The notes beneath the pieces were generated by a model. That model worked only from the letters and a program-made list of their open reading frames with translations. It was not told where the DNA came from and searched no databases. From NCBI GenBank assembly GCA_002269645.1, contig NIVC01001642.1, forward strand, positions 1 to 64,000: a stretch of DNA of 64,000 nucleotides. The letters run 5' to 3'. This DNA comes from Macrostomum lignano. Taxonomy: Eukaryota. Shown here piece by piece: positions 26,675 through 37,774 of the stretch (positions are counted from its first letter, which is position 1; every line of letters starts with the position of its first letter). The translations under genes were made by a program, and so were the position numbers.

Positions 26675-27246
26675 CTAACAAATGCCTCCAAGACTCAACG
26701 ACAGCTCATATTCCATCCCGCCGCCACTGTTCAAGTGCCTGCCCAGCTGTAGAGGATGGTTAATCTCAGTTATCTGTCGCGGCCACTCAGTCTTGACAAT
26801 CCTGATGGAGCTGTCCGCAATTACTCGTCGTGGCGGCAGCTCGTCGAACTCCATGGTTCTCTCGCCAGCTTTGAGACAGTTAATCAAGCCGCCAAGTTCT
26901 TTGTCCGTCTGTATGTGGCCTATCCGTGTGCCGTTGTCGATGATAAACATCAATTCGCCGATGTACAACTGGACAGTAATGCGACTATACTCTGTAGCTG
27001 CGATGGTGACTTTATGAATAGTTAGCCACCACCATTCGATGTTGTCTGGGCACAGAAAGTCAGCAACTGCTACAGCTGGAAGTAATTGAAGACAGCCCAG
27101 CAACACCAGCAATGAACACGAGCTGCACAATGCAAGCTGCACGATTTTAGTAGGCTGAAATGTTGTCATTGTTATATATTGGTCCATAAATATATATATT
27201 TGAATTCTACCCACAAAATCAGCACCTAAAACGCAATACTTACCAT
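26675..27246 (-). CDS. Secreted GGxC-family protein 1 (exons 27244-27246 and 26675-27154)
   Basis: ATG|GTAAGT, an 89-nt intron, then TTTCAG|CCT in frame. Hydrophobic signal-like N-terminus, C-PDNIE-WW motif and C-terminal LG-x17-GGIC. Confidence 0.78.
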
Positions 27247-27530
27247 ATCAAACGGCAAAGCTTTGAAGTGGCAATGGAAAACTTGCGTCTATGAAAAAAA
27301 TCCTTTTCAATTTTACGCTCTATAGTATAATATTATATATATGTGCTGATAAAGGTGGAGTGGTATACACTAGAGCGATGTCAAATTCAAAAATAAAATT
27401 TGTTTAAGCGATTGTCTATGGCTTTTGTACATTGTATCGAATGTACTTGTCATCTGTGCGTCTAAAAATAGCGAATTTGACCACTAAAGTTCCACTGAAA
27501 GTGTTGTTGTAAAAAGTTATCTCGAAAAAA

Positions 27531-29531
27531 GGGGATGTCAACTTAAGCACCAGAATGGAGCCCGAAGTTTAGCTCCAGACCAAACCGACTGGAATCGATA
27601 ACTTGTCGACCCAGACGACTAGAATCGCCGAGACATCCCATCCGGGTCCCTTCCTTGGGATACCAGGGGATAAAGGGGATAAAATGGGGATCTCATGTCA
27701 ACTTAAGGCTCTAGAATGGAGCCCAAAACAAGGCTCTCGACCAAACCGACTGGAATCAGCAGATTAGACATTGTTATCGAGAACTCAATGGCAAAGTACA
27801 ATCGGGCACATCCAGGTTTTGAATCATTGAAACAGCTGCCACCGTCATGGACAGGGCTATCGTTGTTCGAATTCCGTTAGAATTTCATGCGCTGAGTGTT
27901 CTTGTCCAACGAACTGGACGAAATTGAGCAGCTGCAACTCAACGGTGATCTGACGCGAGGGCTAACTAACTCCTCTGCTAACACAAGGGCATGGATTTCC
28001 GTCAATCCGCTGGATCCAAAAAGCTGGGGGTTCCCCCGAATTCACACAGACAATTTGACGGAGGTTTCGGTGGGTCCGTATCAACTGTAAGCAACTGAAT
28101 GTAAGCCGATGATTACATTCAAAACATTCGAATTCACACAAGAGAATTTGACAGAGAGTTTTGGTGGGTCCGTCATCAACTAAATCAAGCCGATGATCAA
28201 AACATTCGTGTCAAAAAGGTTCTCGGTAGCTATACGAAGGTCACTCCTGAAGAGACTTTCAGTCGCTCACATCCGAACATCTGAGCCACCTGAAGTGTTG
28301 GAATTTTCGGCAAGAGTCGTCCCAGTCAGAAAACTGAAACAACCTATTCGGTCGGTGGCATCCGTCTTGGATTTTTCTAGCTGTCGTTTTCTCGCGCCAT
28401 AATTCGAAATCTTACCACGTGATTCTTAGAGTGTGTGACAGCAGCGGACAATCGCTTTGGTTTTAGAGATCCAGGATTGCAACTTCCTTCATGGCTACTA
28501 TTCGTCTGCAAAAGCTGGAAATACGACTGCAGGCTGCGATTGTCATGTAATGGCAGTGCTCAAACTCCTGGGCTGCTACGCTTAACCACCAAGATAGCTA
28601 TCGAAGGTCTGGTGCTAGCCTTCGCTTTGTTGATTCCGCTCTTCCACGCAACGCAGGCTTGTTGCCAGAATTTATACCAGAGAAAATGCTTTACCACAGC
28701 AGCGAAAGCCTACTGAGCAACAGTCTAGCAGACAGCATAAGGAGTTTCAGTCAGCCAGCAGCAGCTCACGATCCAAGCCTCAGCCTTCAAGACTATTTGG
28801 TCTTCAAAACCATGGTCAGCAGTGCTATACGCAATTGTTGTTGCACAACTGTTTCACTGCATCAGCAGCAAATTCCAGCTCTTTCAGCCGGTCAGAGGTA
28901 GAGCAGTGAACACCGCAATGACCAACCTGATGACGTCTATGGCGACTGGACCAGCAAGCGTAGATCAACTTGTCAAAGCTATCCGACGCCGATATCCACA
29001 GCAGTTGTCGCCAAGACAGCAACACTCCATGAACGAGGTGCTACAGTGCATTCTGTCAGAGTTGCAGCTGCAGCGTCATTGCCTAAGCGAATTTACACTA
29101 ACCGTACGTGCGGTAGTTGCCTGATTAGCACGGAGGAGTTCTGGATAATCGTATCCTCAGAATCTCCTTGCAGGAGTTTTCAACCGCACTGTTAACTCTA
29201 GACTGTCTGTACGCTGCTTTTACGTCACCAAAGCACGTCCCATGCACTAACACCAACTATGCAGCTGATAGTGCGCTGGAAGTTCAAGTCTCTAACGGCA
29301 GAGTGACCCTGATGCAGAGTGTCCGGAGCTGAACTTCGGGCTCCATTCTAGAGCCTTAAGTTGACATGAGATCCCCATTTTATCCCCTTTATCCCCTGGG
29401 ACCCCAAGGAAGGGACCCGGATGGGATGTTTCGGCGATTCTAGTCGTCTGGGCCGACAAGTTATCAATTGCAGTCGGTTTGGTCCGGAGCTAAACTTCGG
29501 GCTCCATTCTGGTGCTAAAGTTGACATCCCC
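27531..29531. mobile_element. 2.0-kb non-autonomous DNA transposon with ~195-bp TIRs
   Basis: 27531-27726 is the near-perfect reverse complement of 29337-29531, with GGGG...CCCC termini. Each TIR contains two copies of ATGTCAACTTAAG...GAATGGAGCCC. No TSD or transposase was recognised. Confidence 0.88.
28799..29160 (+). pseudogene. Decayed ubiquitin-specific protease (peptidase C19)-like fragment inside the TIR element
   Basis: Cys-box GLQNHGQQCY at 28799-28828. After a frameshift comes VDQLVKAIRRRYPQQLSPRQQHSMNEVLQCIL (QQD-xE-FL-like box), and after a second frameshift RTCGSCLISTEEFWII (finger CxxC). Confidence 0.6.
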
Positions 29532-29673
29532 TTTCTCTTGTTCTCTCTTCTTTCAAAGTCGTTTCGAAAGAAACAGAAAGTAAATGTAATCAGTTTATGT
29601 TAGACTTCAACTTAGTTCGCAACACAGCTTATAAAACAAAAATTTAGAAGCAAAAAAGCAAAGTCTCGAAGGA

Positions 29674-31107
29674 CTAGGATTCCGTGTAAATGCGAAGAAG
29701 AAATTCCAATCGCTTGCCATTCAGCGGCGATTCAGTCTGTGGCACCACCGTGTAATCACCTGGCGGCAGGGACACGCGGAACACTACCGAGCGCTGGTTG
29801 TCTTCGGGGTGTTGAGCCACCTGGTACACGGGTCGCCTCAGACAGTTAGCCCCTTTATAGATGTCAACAGCTTTGACAGAGAATCGTCGCTTTTCTAGCG
29901 GAATGTTGCGCTGCCCCGGCTCTTCCAGACTGATCACAACGGTGGCAACTCCGTCCTGATTGCTTCCATCGCAAAAATTTGTCAGGAACGTGTTGTCCTC
30001 GAAGAATTCGTCAATTTTTTGACCTGGATACCACTCTCCGTAGATGTACTTGCCGTTCCACTCGGCTCCCGTCACGCCGTTGTCCAAATTTCTAGCCAAA
30101 TGCAAAACTGTCAGGAACTCGAAGAACTTCATAAAGTCGGACAGCTCCATCCAGTTCTCACCGTCGTCCTGCTTCACTAATCCAGCTAGCTTCATCTGCT
30201 CGGGCGTCCACCTGGGATCATTGTCGTTCCATTTGCCGCGCCATTCAAATTCGCTTAGCGGCCCCCAGGGATTGCAAATCCGGATCAGATCCACCAGCTT
30301 GCCATTGTGTGGGATCTGCACTGTGCCTGTGACGATGTATTCGTGACCGGACGTCAATCCGAGGCTCTCGAGGTTTTCGCCCAGAATTTCGGTGTGGGTA
30401 GCCGCACCAGCGGACAGTTTTTTTGATAGGCAATACTTAATGTTCTCCAGCACCTTTGCCCCGTCCTCCCGCTTGAATGGGATCAACTCGCACACTCCAC
30501 CAGTGAGGTCGGCCATGGCCTCCAGCTCGAGCCCGCCAATTAGAGACTCATAGCATCCGTGCAGCTTAGCTAGCGCCTTCTCCAACAGGCAGACCCAGTA
30601 CTCGCCCTCGTGCGCCGCGGCGTACACAAGCTGGCCGTCCTTGGTCGGCAGTCTATCGTCCACCATGATCTCCACTTCGCGTCCAAATGGTCGGAAGCGG
30701 AACCGGAAGGCGCCGCAGTAACCTGCACCGCTCAGTGTCTGGTCAGGAAGGATGACCTGGGACAGTAGGTCCGGTCTCTGCGTGATGGCAGCAACAGCAG
30801 CCAAGATCCAGCAGTTCTCCAGTTCGCCTTGATTTATATCAAATCGAGAGAAACCATCTTTGACGAACTCCGGGTCAGCGTCGAGTTCTTTAGGTCGCAG
30901 CCACTTGTAATTGAGCTTCTTGTGAGCATAAGTTAGAGAAGTGTCGTCGGCCGGAAATTCCGGATCTTCAAACAGCCTTTTGCTAGCTCGAAGCTCCCGG
31001 ATTATCTCATTGTTCTTTTCAACGTTCAGAGTTATAAAATTAGTCGTTGACACTCGAAATTGAGAGCAGCTTGCAGTAGAAGGTCTCCAAAACGCCTCTT
31101 GCTGCAT
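29674..31107 (-). CDS. Single-exon calpain (CysPc + domain III, no penta-EF), catalytic triad intact
   Basis: FEDPEFPA, WLRPKE, QGELENCW (Cys), DDRLPT, LLEKALAKLHGCY, GHEY (His) and NPWG (Asn), plus a C-terminal LPPGDYTVVP of domain III. The first ATG is at 31107. Confidence 0.93.
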   Translation of the reverse strand: MQQEAFWRPSTASCSQFRVSTTNFITLNVEKNNEIIRELRASKRLFEDPEFPADDTSLTYAHKKLNYKWLRPKELDADPEFVKDGFSRFDINQGELENCWILAAVAAITQRPDLLSQVILPDQTLSGAGYCGAFRFRFRPFGREVEIMVDDRLPTKDGQLVYAAAHEGEYWVCLLEKALAKLHGCYESLIGGLELEAMADLTGGVCELIPFKREDGAKVLENIKYCLSKKLSAGAATHTEILGENLESLGLTSGHEYIVTGTVQIPHNGKLVDLIRICNPWGPLSEFEWRGKWNDNDPRWTPEQMKLAGLVKQDDGENWMELSDFMKFFEFLTVLHLARNLDNGVTGAEWNGKYIYGEWYPGQKIDEFFEDNTFLTNFCDGSNQDGVATVVISLEEPGQRNIPLEKRRFSVKAVDIYKGANCLRRPVYQVAQHPEDNQRSVVFRVSLPPGDYTVVPQTESPLNGKRLEFLLRIYTES

Positions 31108-31721
31108 GACGTTTGCCAGCAAAACTACTAATAAAATCTGTACAAAGATTAGAAAAAGAGAAGATTATCTCTATTCTCTTTTGAATCAGGGCCGGGTCTT
31201 CTTGAACCCGAGTTCCAAGTTATTTGCACATTTAAATGGGTAAAAAATAGATTTTTCACTGGGAAACCGTATAGTCTATGGAAAAGTCAATCAATTCTAT
31301 GCAGTAGAACACACGTCTAAACCATTTTAAAAATAGCAAAAAACACAAAATATGAACATAAAACAAACGCAGAGCAAATCAAGTTTAGATATTGTGAATT
31401 GATCACATCCCAGATTAATGCGAGTATAGATTTATTGATATTGCAGAATACACCAGGTACAATAGTACGACCTACATTGTATAATTGGCTACATTGTATA
31501 GTTTACCAGCTACGAGTATATCTGTTACTGGATAAATTAGCTCTAATGTTAAAGGGCAACTTTATATTTTAACCTTTGCAATTCACAGACTGTGGAGACT
31601 GTGACAAAAAACGCAGTTTCGAAAAACCTGCCAAACAAACGAAACCGATTTTGATTCTACGAAGTTAGATTGAACGATTTAAACAAAAGGCGTGCATATA
31701 GTCGTGTATAAACAATATGTA

Positions 31722-33895
31722 TTAGGACGCAAAGGGAAGGCCCCTAGCGCGCACGCGTTCGCAGAACAGCTAGGTGGGAGGGGCAGGCAGCAGCAGCCTG
31801 AAGGATCAGCTCAAGCGCCTGCAGGTCAGCGATGAGGCAGTCCTAAAGGCAGTGGCCCAGCAGCATCTGACGGCGACGGCGCAGGGTATCTCTCAGGGAC
31901 TTCCTGCGCGGGCCATCAGAGCGTTGGTCGGCAGGCGCTCCGGGTCCAGGGCTCGCTTTCGCAACTCGGTCAGCGGCACAGCCTCCATGCCGTACAGGAG
32001 GATCGGCTCGACGGCCGCGCGGAACAGGCGCACCTTCAGGTCGTCTCTGGCAGCTGAATTGAAGACGTTCCTGAGGAGGTGCGCGGCGCGCCATAGCCTG
32101 ATTTCTTCTGTAGGAGACAATCGCATTGGGATTCATTACCAGGGCGCCGAGATACCGCGGAAGTCCTCGCACACCTCGATGCGGTCTCCATTGGGCAGCT
32201 TAAGGGTTGGGACGGTATTCATGCCCACGTGCAGCGCCTCCGTCTTGTGAGCAATTACCAGCAGCCCAACACGGGCGCCCTCGTCGCAGAGCCTTGTGAG
32301 AGCTCGCTGGGCAGCCGCTGGAACGCGGCAGAGCAGTGCGATACGCGAGAGAGGGAAGCGAAACAGCAGGGTGTCTGGAGCTTCGGCGTGGGCCCAGCAA
32401 GTAGCTGTCATCCTCGCGGAGGGACCGACGAAGCACGTAGTGCATAACCACGGGGAAGAGCAGAGTAGCCAGCGTGTCACCCTGAAGGACGCCTGGGCTG
32501 GTGCCGAATTCTTCTGTGGGGCCATCGCTCGACATGACAAAAGCCCTGGAGTCGTGGTAGAGGTCAATCACCGCGCTCACCGCGCTCACCAGCGCAGCAT
32601 GTGCGCCATAATGAGATAGAAGCCACGCCTGGACACCGAGTCAAACGCCTTGCGATCTAAGCGCCATCTGAGCGCCTGGGACACGCCTCCTTTGCCGGAA
32701 AAGACAGGCGGCTTCACTTCATCTGCGTCTATGCTCCAACGGCTTCCCGGACCAGCGAAGATCCATCCGTGACAGAAGCCCTTTACGACACTCTGGGCTG
32801 CATGCTTGATTCCATCCCTGCTCGTGACGATCTATCATTGTTGCTGGTGACTTCAACTCGCCATCCAGTTTTATCCAGGCCAGAGATCTGATGGCTGTCA
32901 ATGGCACCATGCGACAGCGCTTCAGCAAGCTTCCAACTTTATTTGGCCCCAACGGGCGAACCACTCGGCTGAACTGGATTTTCTGCCCAACTGCCCTGAG
33001 GGTGCGCAGAGTCCTCAACATCCGCCCCGACTGCGTTCAATCTGATCACCGCCTGATGGCCTGATCTGCACTGGCAGAGACTCCCGCCTGCGCCACCTCA
33101 CCCGCTCTGGGCCGACATGAGAAACCCGGACACGCGGCAGGCCTTCCTACTGCTTACCACTACTCCTGCTCTAGCCCAGTCCTTCGAGTCTTTCCATCAC
33201 GCCGTCGAGGATGCTGCAGCGCTTCTCCCACGGAGACAGGCAAACCCTCCAAAGGCCCTGTGGGACCGCAATTGCATCATCTCCCAGGCAAGGCGGCATG
33301 TGCAGAGCACTGCTGCACTCCACGGCCGTGACAGCAACCAGGCCAGTGCGCTGCCAGGGACGAGCTGCAGTGCATCTACGCCCAGCGGACTGAAGCCTGC
33401 CTGCATCAAAGAAGCTGTGAGCGAAATCCAACTCGCCACTGACAACTGCCGCCATAGTGCTGCCTGGAGAGCCATCAACCAGCTGACTGGCAGGAAGCCC
33501 AGGCCTAACACCATCGTTGGCGCTGATTCCACCGAGCACCGCAAGGCCCCGCTGGCCACCCACTACCGCGAGGTGCTCAACGCGCCCGCTCCAACTGCGC
33601 CTCTTCTGCCGATCCCAGCTACTTCGCTCCAGCTCAGCCAGGCCCTTCAACACCGGCCCCATTACTGTAGGCGAAGTTGACCGAGCACTGAGGACCATGC
33701 GAGCTGATGCTGCCCGCTGGGGTGGACGCCGTCCCTCCCAGGGTCCTGAAGCTGCCCGAGCTCACCCCAATCTTCACCAACCTGCTGAACAAGCACTGCA
33801 GCCTTGGAGGCAACGAGGCCGCCTCGTGCCCAGCCTCAACCAGCTGCTGCTGAGCTCCCAAAGCGGCTTCTACCCGGACAGGCTGACAGATGAGC
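31722..33895. mobile_element. Decayed RTE-clade LINE with a 5' inversion (3' half on minus 31722-32660, endonuclease/linker on plus 32700-33895)
   Basis: The minus part runs from KAFDSV through GDTLA to the RT C-terminus, and its 3' end resembles that of the 53.2-kb element. The plus part runs from DRRLHFICVYAPT to QSGF. There are many frameshifts. Confidence 0.85.
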
Positions 33896-34116
33896 AATTC
33901 ACAGTATTCCTTCATCCATGACCGTAGCTACGAGTATGTACATTTTTATTTTTATTTTTTGTTTAACACGCGAAATTCCATATAGTCTTTGATGTAAAGC
34001 CAGAATGCCAATGGGAAGCGAAACTTGTTAGTCTTAATTAACGAACCCAAAACTTGTGTTTAGAATCAAGATCTTTCATTCCTCGACTTTGTCGTTTTTC
34101 GTTAAAAAGACCAATA

Positions 34117-34705
34117 ATGGTAAGCGCTTAGCGCTCCTGTGACTAAACTGTATTGATGCTTGTCGTATGTCTTCCTTCATTGACGCAATCAGTTTCAGTT
34201 TCAGGCTCAGCACAAGTTGCTGAAGAGATCAACAATATTTGCTGTCATCGTCATTCATCTATACTTGATAATTACGCCATCAAACAAAGCCTTAGGAAGA
34301 CGAAGAGATCAAGAAGAGTTGACCTACTGCAAAGGCAAAATGCGCTGGTGGGTCATAGTCAGACAGAGGGTGACACTGTTCGCTAGCAACTTCGGCGGCG
34401 CCAAAGCTTACATATATTTCAACAGGATTTTGCCTCCCAGTGGCTTACTACAATGGCACAGTTATGAAATGAGACGCCATGTTGCTCCAAATATGGGCGC
34501 AGATGTGGTGTTCCTGGATAAAAATCACTACATAGTGCCAGCTTATAGCTACTATCGACTGCGTCGAATGGCCAGGCTTCGTAAAGGCTCATTCAACGAG
34601 ATCAATGGTCACCTGCTGCTTGGTAGTCACGTTCACATGTACCACTACATGAGGTACGAATACACTACCGTAGACGGTGGCAGCTGTGGCGACACATTCA
34701 CTTAG
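34117..34705 (+). CDS. Secreted GGxC-family protein 2 (exons 34117-34119 and 34205-34705)
   Basis: The track ORF has no in-frame ATG at its start. ATG|GTAAGC at 34117-34119 splices over an 85-nt intron to TTTCAG|GCT in frame. Signal-like N-terminus, C-KGKMR-WW and LG-x17-GGSC. Confidence 0.78.
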
Positions 34706-36190
34706 TTCTCTAGAGATTGAAGAGCTCAGACCAGCTCGTACTGTCTAAATTTCTTCTGGGAGTCTTTCTTGAGTGCGCTTTGAGTTATTCGCAAAAAATA
34801 CATTTAGTATATGAAAATTCAAAACTTTCAATTTTATTAACTCATTTTTGGGTTTTGATTGTTAATTTTCATTTGATAAAAAACGGATCAGTTTGGAGAC
34901 ACTTCGATTTTGTAGCTACTAGTTGTGTCAGACTTTTGCTGATATTTGTAGAGATTCATTAAGTGTTACATTTAGTACTTATAATCTTATTATAGAAATA
35001 AGACCCCGTTTATGACTTAGTCGAACGTTTTTTAAGATTCTCTGTAAATTCAAAGCGGAAATTCCAGCCTCTAATTGCAGTTGCAATCTCAATGCGGCGA
35101 ACGCAAGGACTACTCTAAGTAACATAGGCCCTCGAAATCTCTGCTACACTGCAGAGATAGGAGGTTTTAATTTTTTCAGCACAAACATATTGCTTTTGAT
35201 AGGAGGCAGATCCAGTGTTCATCCTTTGATATGTTGTGCCTTTCTTATTGCTCTATCGATATTCATAAAGCTTTTCGTTCAGAAATAGTTTTAAAGGCAG
35301 CTTTCACCGGAAAAATACACTACGGAGATAAGAAATTTCACGATTTTCAACACTAAAACAGAGATTGGGTCTCTTAACAGTGTCAGAGAAAGTTCTAATC
35401 ACACTATTTTGTGCCCCACATGCTGCTCTAACGACGCATTAATCGATTTTTCATGTTAAATTGGTCTGGTCATTATTTCAAATGTTTTTTAATTGATTTA
35501 GATTTAGAATTCCTTGGTTAACATGTTGCAGATTGTGCATTTTGTTCGAGAAAATCTTTTTTTTCTCACAAGGGAGTCAATTTTCTTACTGCCACATATT
35601 CTTACATGTACTGCTTCATTAAATTTGTGCAGGATCGAGGTCTGCGGTACCCTGACACAAAGCCTTCGGCGAATTCATTCAACAATAGCACTGAAGAAAT
35701 TTTTGCTCATTCCGCTGACTGCTGAGTAGACGATCACACGGTGTGTTCAGCGGCCCTGACCTTCTAATCGTCAGGAATGTACACTATACTCTCTGTGGAG
35801 ACTGGCCCTCATTGTTATAAAATGCACGAAAACCCCCAGGCGATTGTTGCCCTCCCCAGCATGAACACTTTAAATAAGTTATCTTCAGACACTCGTTAGA
35901 TAAACAATGAAAAAGTAGCATATTTTTCGAGATTTTAAAATTAGAAACTTGCAAACTAGAATAAAGTACGGGTCTTTCGAAAAAATGCTGTGATGGTCAG
36001 AAGTTGTTGCAAGAAACTGAAATAATGTTATAGCAGTGAGAGCATTCAACTCAAACTATTTGTTTATGGCATTTCCCTACAAGCAAGATGAAGCAATCGG
36101 TTGAAGTTATTTGCTTAGTTAGATCAAATCGGAAGTTTAAATATTAGGAGACTATTGTCGTCATAATTAATCTTAGTAGCTTTTAGAAAC

Positions 36191-36676
36191 ATGGCACTGC
36201 GATCAAGCAGTTTGCTGCGAGCATTGCTGCTGCTCAGTCAAACATTCAGTTTTGCTTGGCCCACTGACACCTCAGTCAGGCATTGCAGAACGAATTCGCA
36301 CTGGTTGAGATTTAACCTCATCAGCCTGGAGCTTTGGCCCGATCCGGCATCAATCTCGGCGCCAAAGGCGAGCCTGACCTATACAACATTATTCAAATGG
36401 AGCAGCCTTGACGACAAGACCTACCTGAAATTGGAACACCTCCCACTGCCAGATCCAGCCGAGATCAACGGAGTGTACTATTTTAAGCTGAACCAACGAC
36501 AATACAGATCGGTCAGAAGAAGTCTCGCCAACTTGACCGTCAGTTACAATTCGATGTCTGGGCAGGTGAATCGTTACCTGGAGTTCCCGATCGAAATCGG
36601 CAGTCAAAGATTTCAAAATTACTGGATTTCAATTATGTACTTTTCGGCATTTGGCGGTGTTTGTCCTCTCTGTTAA
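36191..36676 (+). CDS. Secreted GGxC-family protein 3
   Basis: Signal-like N-terminus, C-RTNSH-WL and IG-x17-GGVCPLC. A TTTTAG acceptor lies 4 nt upstream of the ATG. Confidence 0.78.
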   Translation: MALRSSSLLRALLLLSQTFSFAWPTDTSVRHCRTNSHWLRFNLISLELWPDPASISAPKASLTYTTLFKWSSLDDKTYLKLEHLPLPDPAEINGVYYFKLNQRQYRSVRRSLANLTVSYNSMSGQVNRYLEFPIEIGSQRFQNYWISIMYFSAFGGVCPLC

Positions 36677-36945
36677 TTTTTTTGGGTTAACGCGCTCCAT
36701 CCCGAGTGCTACTTAAAGTATATGACTTCTTTGCTGCAATCTGTAAACATACAATCGTATAGTCAGATATATCAGATATATGTTACAAGTCATTTCAACC
36801 CTCTGGGGGGCACCAAAAGAAATTCACAAAACGTTCATTAAATAAGCTGCCAAGTTCTGAAGAATTTCTAAATAACTTAATAGTAGATTAGCAATGTCCT
36901 CATAAAGTTTAGCCATTGTCTTATTTGTCTGAATGCTTGAAATAT

Positions 36946-37144
36946 TGTAGCGGGTCGCCATCACAAACCCGAAATATCATAACTCCGAAAACCAAAATAG
37001 CGGTTTGCGTTGCTAACACTGCCGGAGTTATGATTTTTCGGGTTTATGATATTTGAGGTTTATGGTATTTCGGGTTTGTGATGGGCGTTGCTACATGTAA
37101 ATCGGTATTCGAAGTTGTGATTTTTCGGGTTTGTGATGCTCCCC
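36946..37144. mobile_element. Short foldback/MITE-like element built from ATCACAAACCCGAAA motifs
   Basis: Inverted arrays of CATCACAAACCCGAAA / TTTCGGGTTTGTGATG. The boundaries are uncertain. Confidence 0.55.
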
Positions 37145-37175
37145 ATTGTTCTAGTTAAAAATCCATTTTCTGATG

Positions 37176-37751
37176 TCATTTCTGTGGTCTATCGCTCGTG
37201 ATGATGTGGTGCTTTGTGTCATGTTTAACTTTGGTGGCCGGAGGTAGCCGCCCTCCTTCGACGTACGTGAAGGTGCTGCGGTAACGATCGATGAGTGCGC
37301 GTACACGAGGATCGCAGTGGTCTGGATACGCCAGCGACACGGCGAGTTCATCGAGGTCCACTGCGGTAACCGGCAGAGATGGCGTATGTAGTCTCGTTGT
37401 AGGGTCAACTAGTCGACGCCCCTTGCAGTCGACGATCAATTCGAAATGACTGAGGAAGTCGTACCCCAGGATAGGTTGCACGACGGATGCGACCAGGAAC
37501 GTCCAGCGGAATTCACGACGGAGTCCTCGGATGTTGACGTCGAGCGAGATCTCTCCAGCGACCGGTATCGATGCACCGGTGGCGGTGGTCAGGCGAAATC
37601 CGGTCTCCTGAAGGTCCCGGTGGAATTGCTTCTGCGGAATTATCGACACTGCTGCGCCGGTATCGAGCAGGAACGGGTAGTACTTGCTGTCTATCTTGAT
37701 ATCCACCACCAGGAATTTCTTGCTCGCCGCCGGGGATGATGCACTGCTCAC
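37176..37751 (-). CDS. pol: Retrotransposon aspartic protease (pol N-terminus, truncated)
   Basis: FLLDTGAAVSIIP active-site motif and PILGYDFL flap-side motif. It lies in the -1 frame relative to gag. Confidence 0.85.
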   Translation of the reverse strand: MSSASSPAASKKFLVVDIKIDSKYYPFLLDTGAAVSIIPQKQFHRDLQETGFRLTTATGASIPVAGEISLDVNIRGLRREFRWTFLVASVVQPILGYDFLSHFELIVDCKGRRLVDPTTRLHTPSLPVTAVDLDELAVSLAYPDHCDPRVRALIDRYRSTFTYVEGGRLPPATKVKHDTKHHIITSDRPQK

Positions 37752-37774
37752 TGCGGCAGGTTGGGCAGTGCCCT

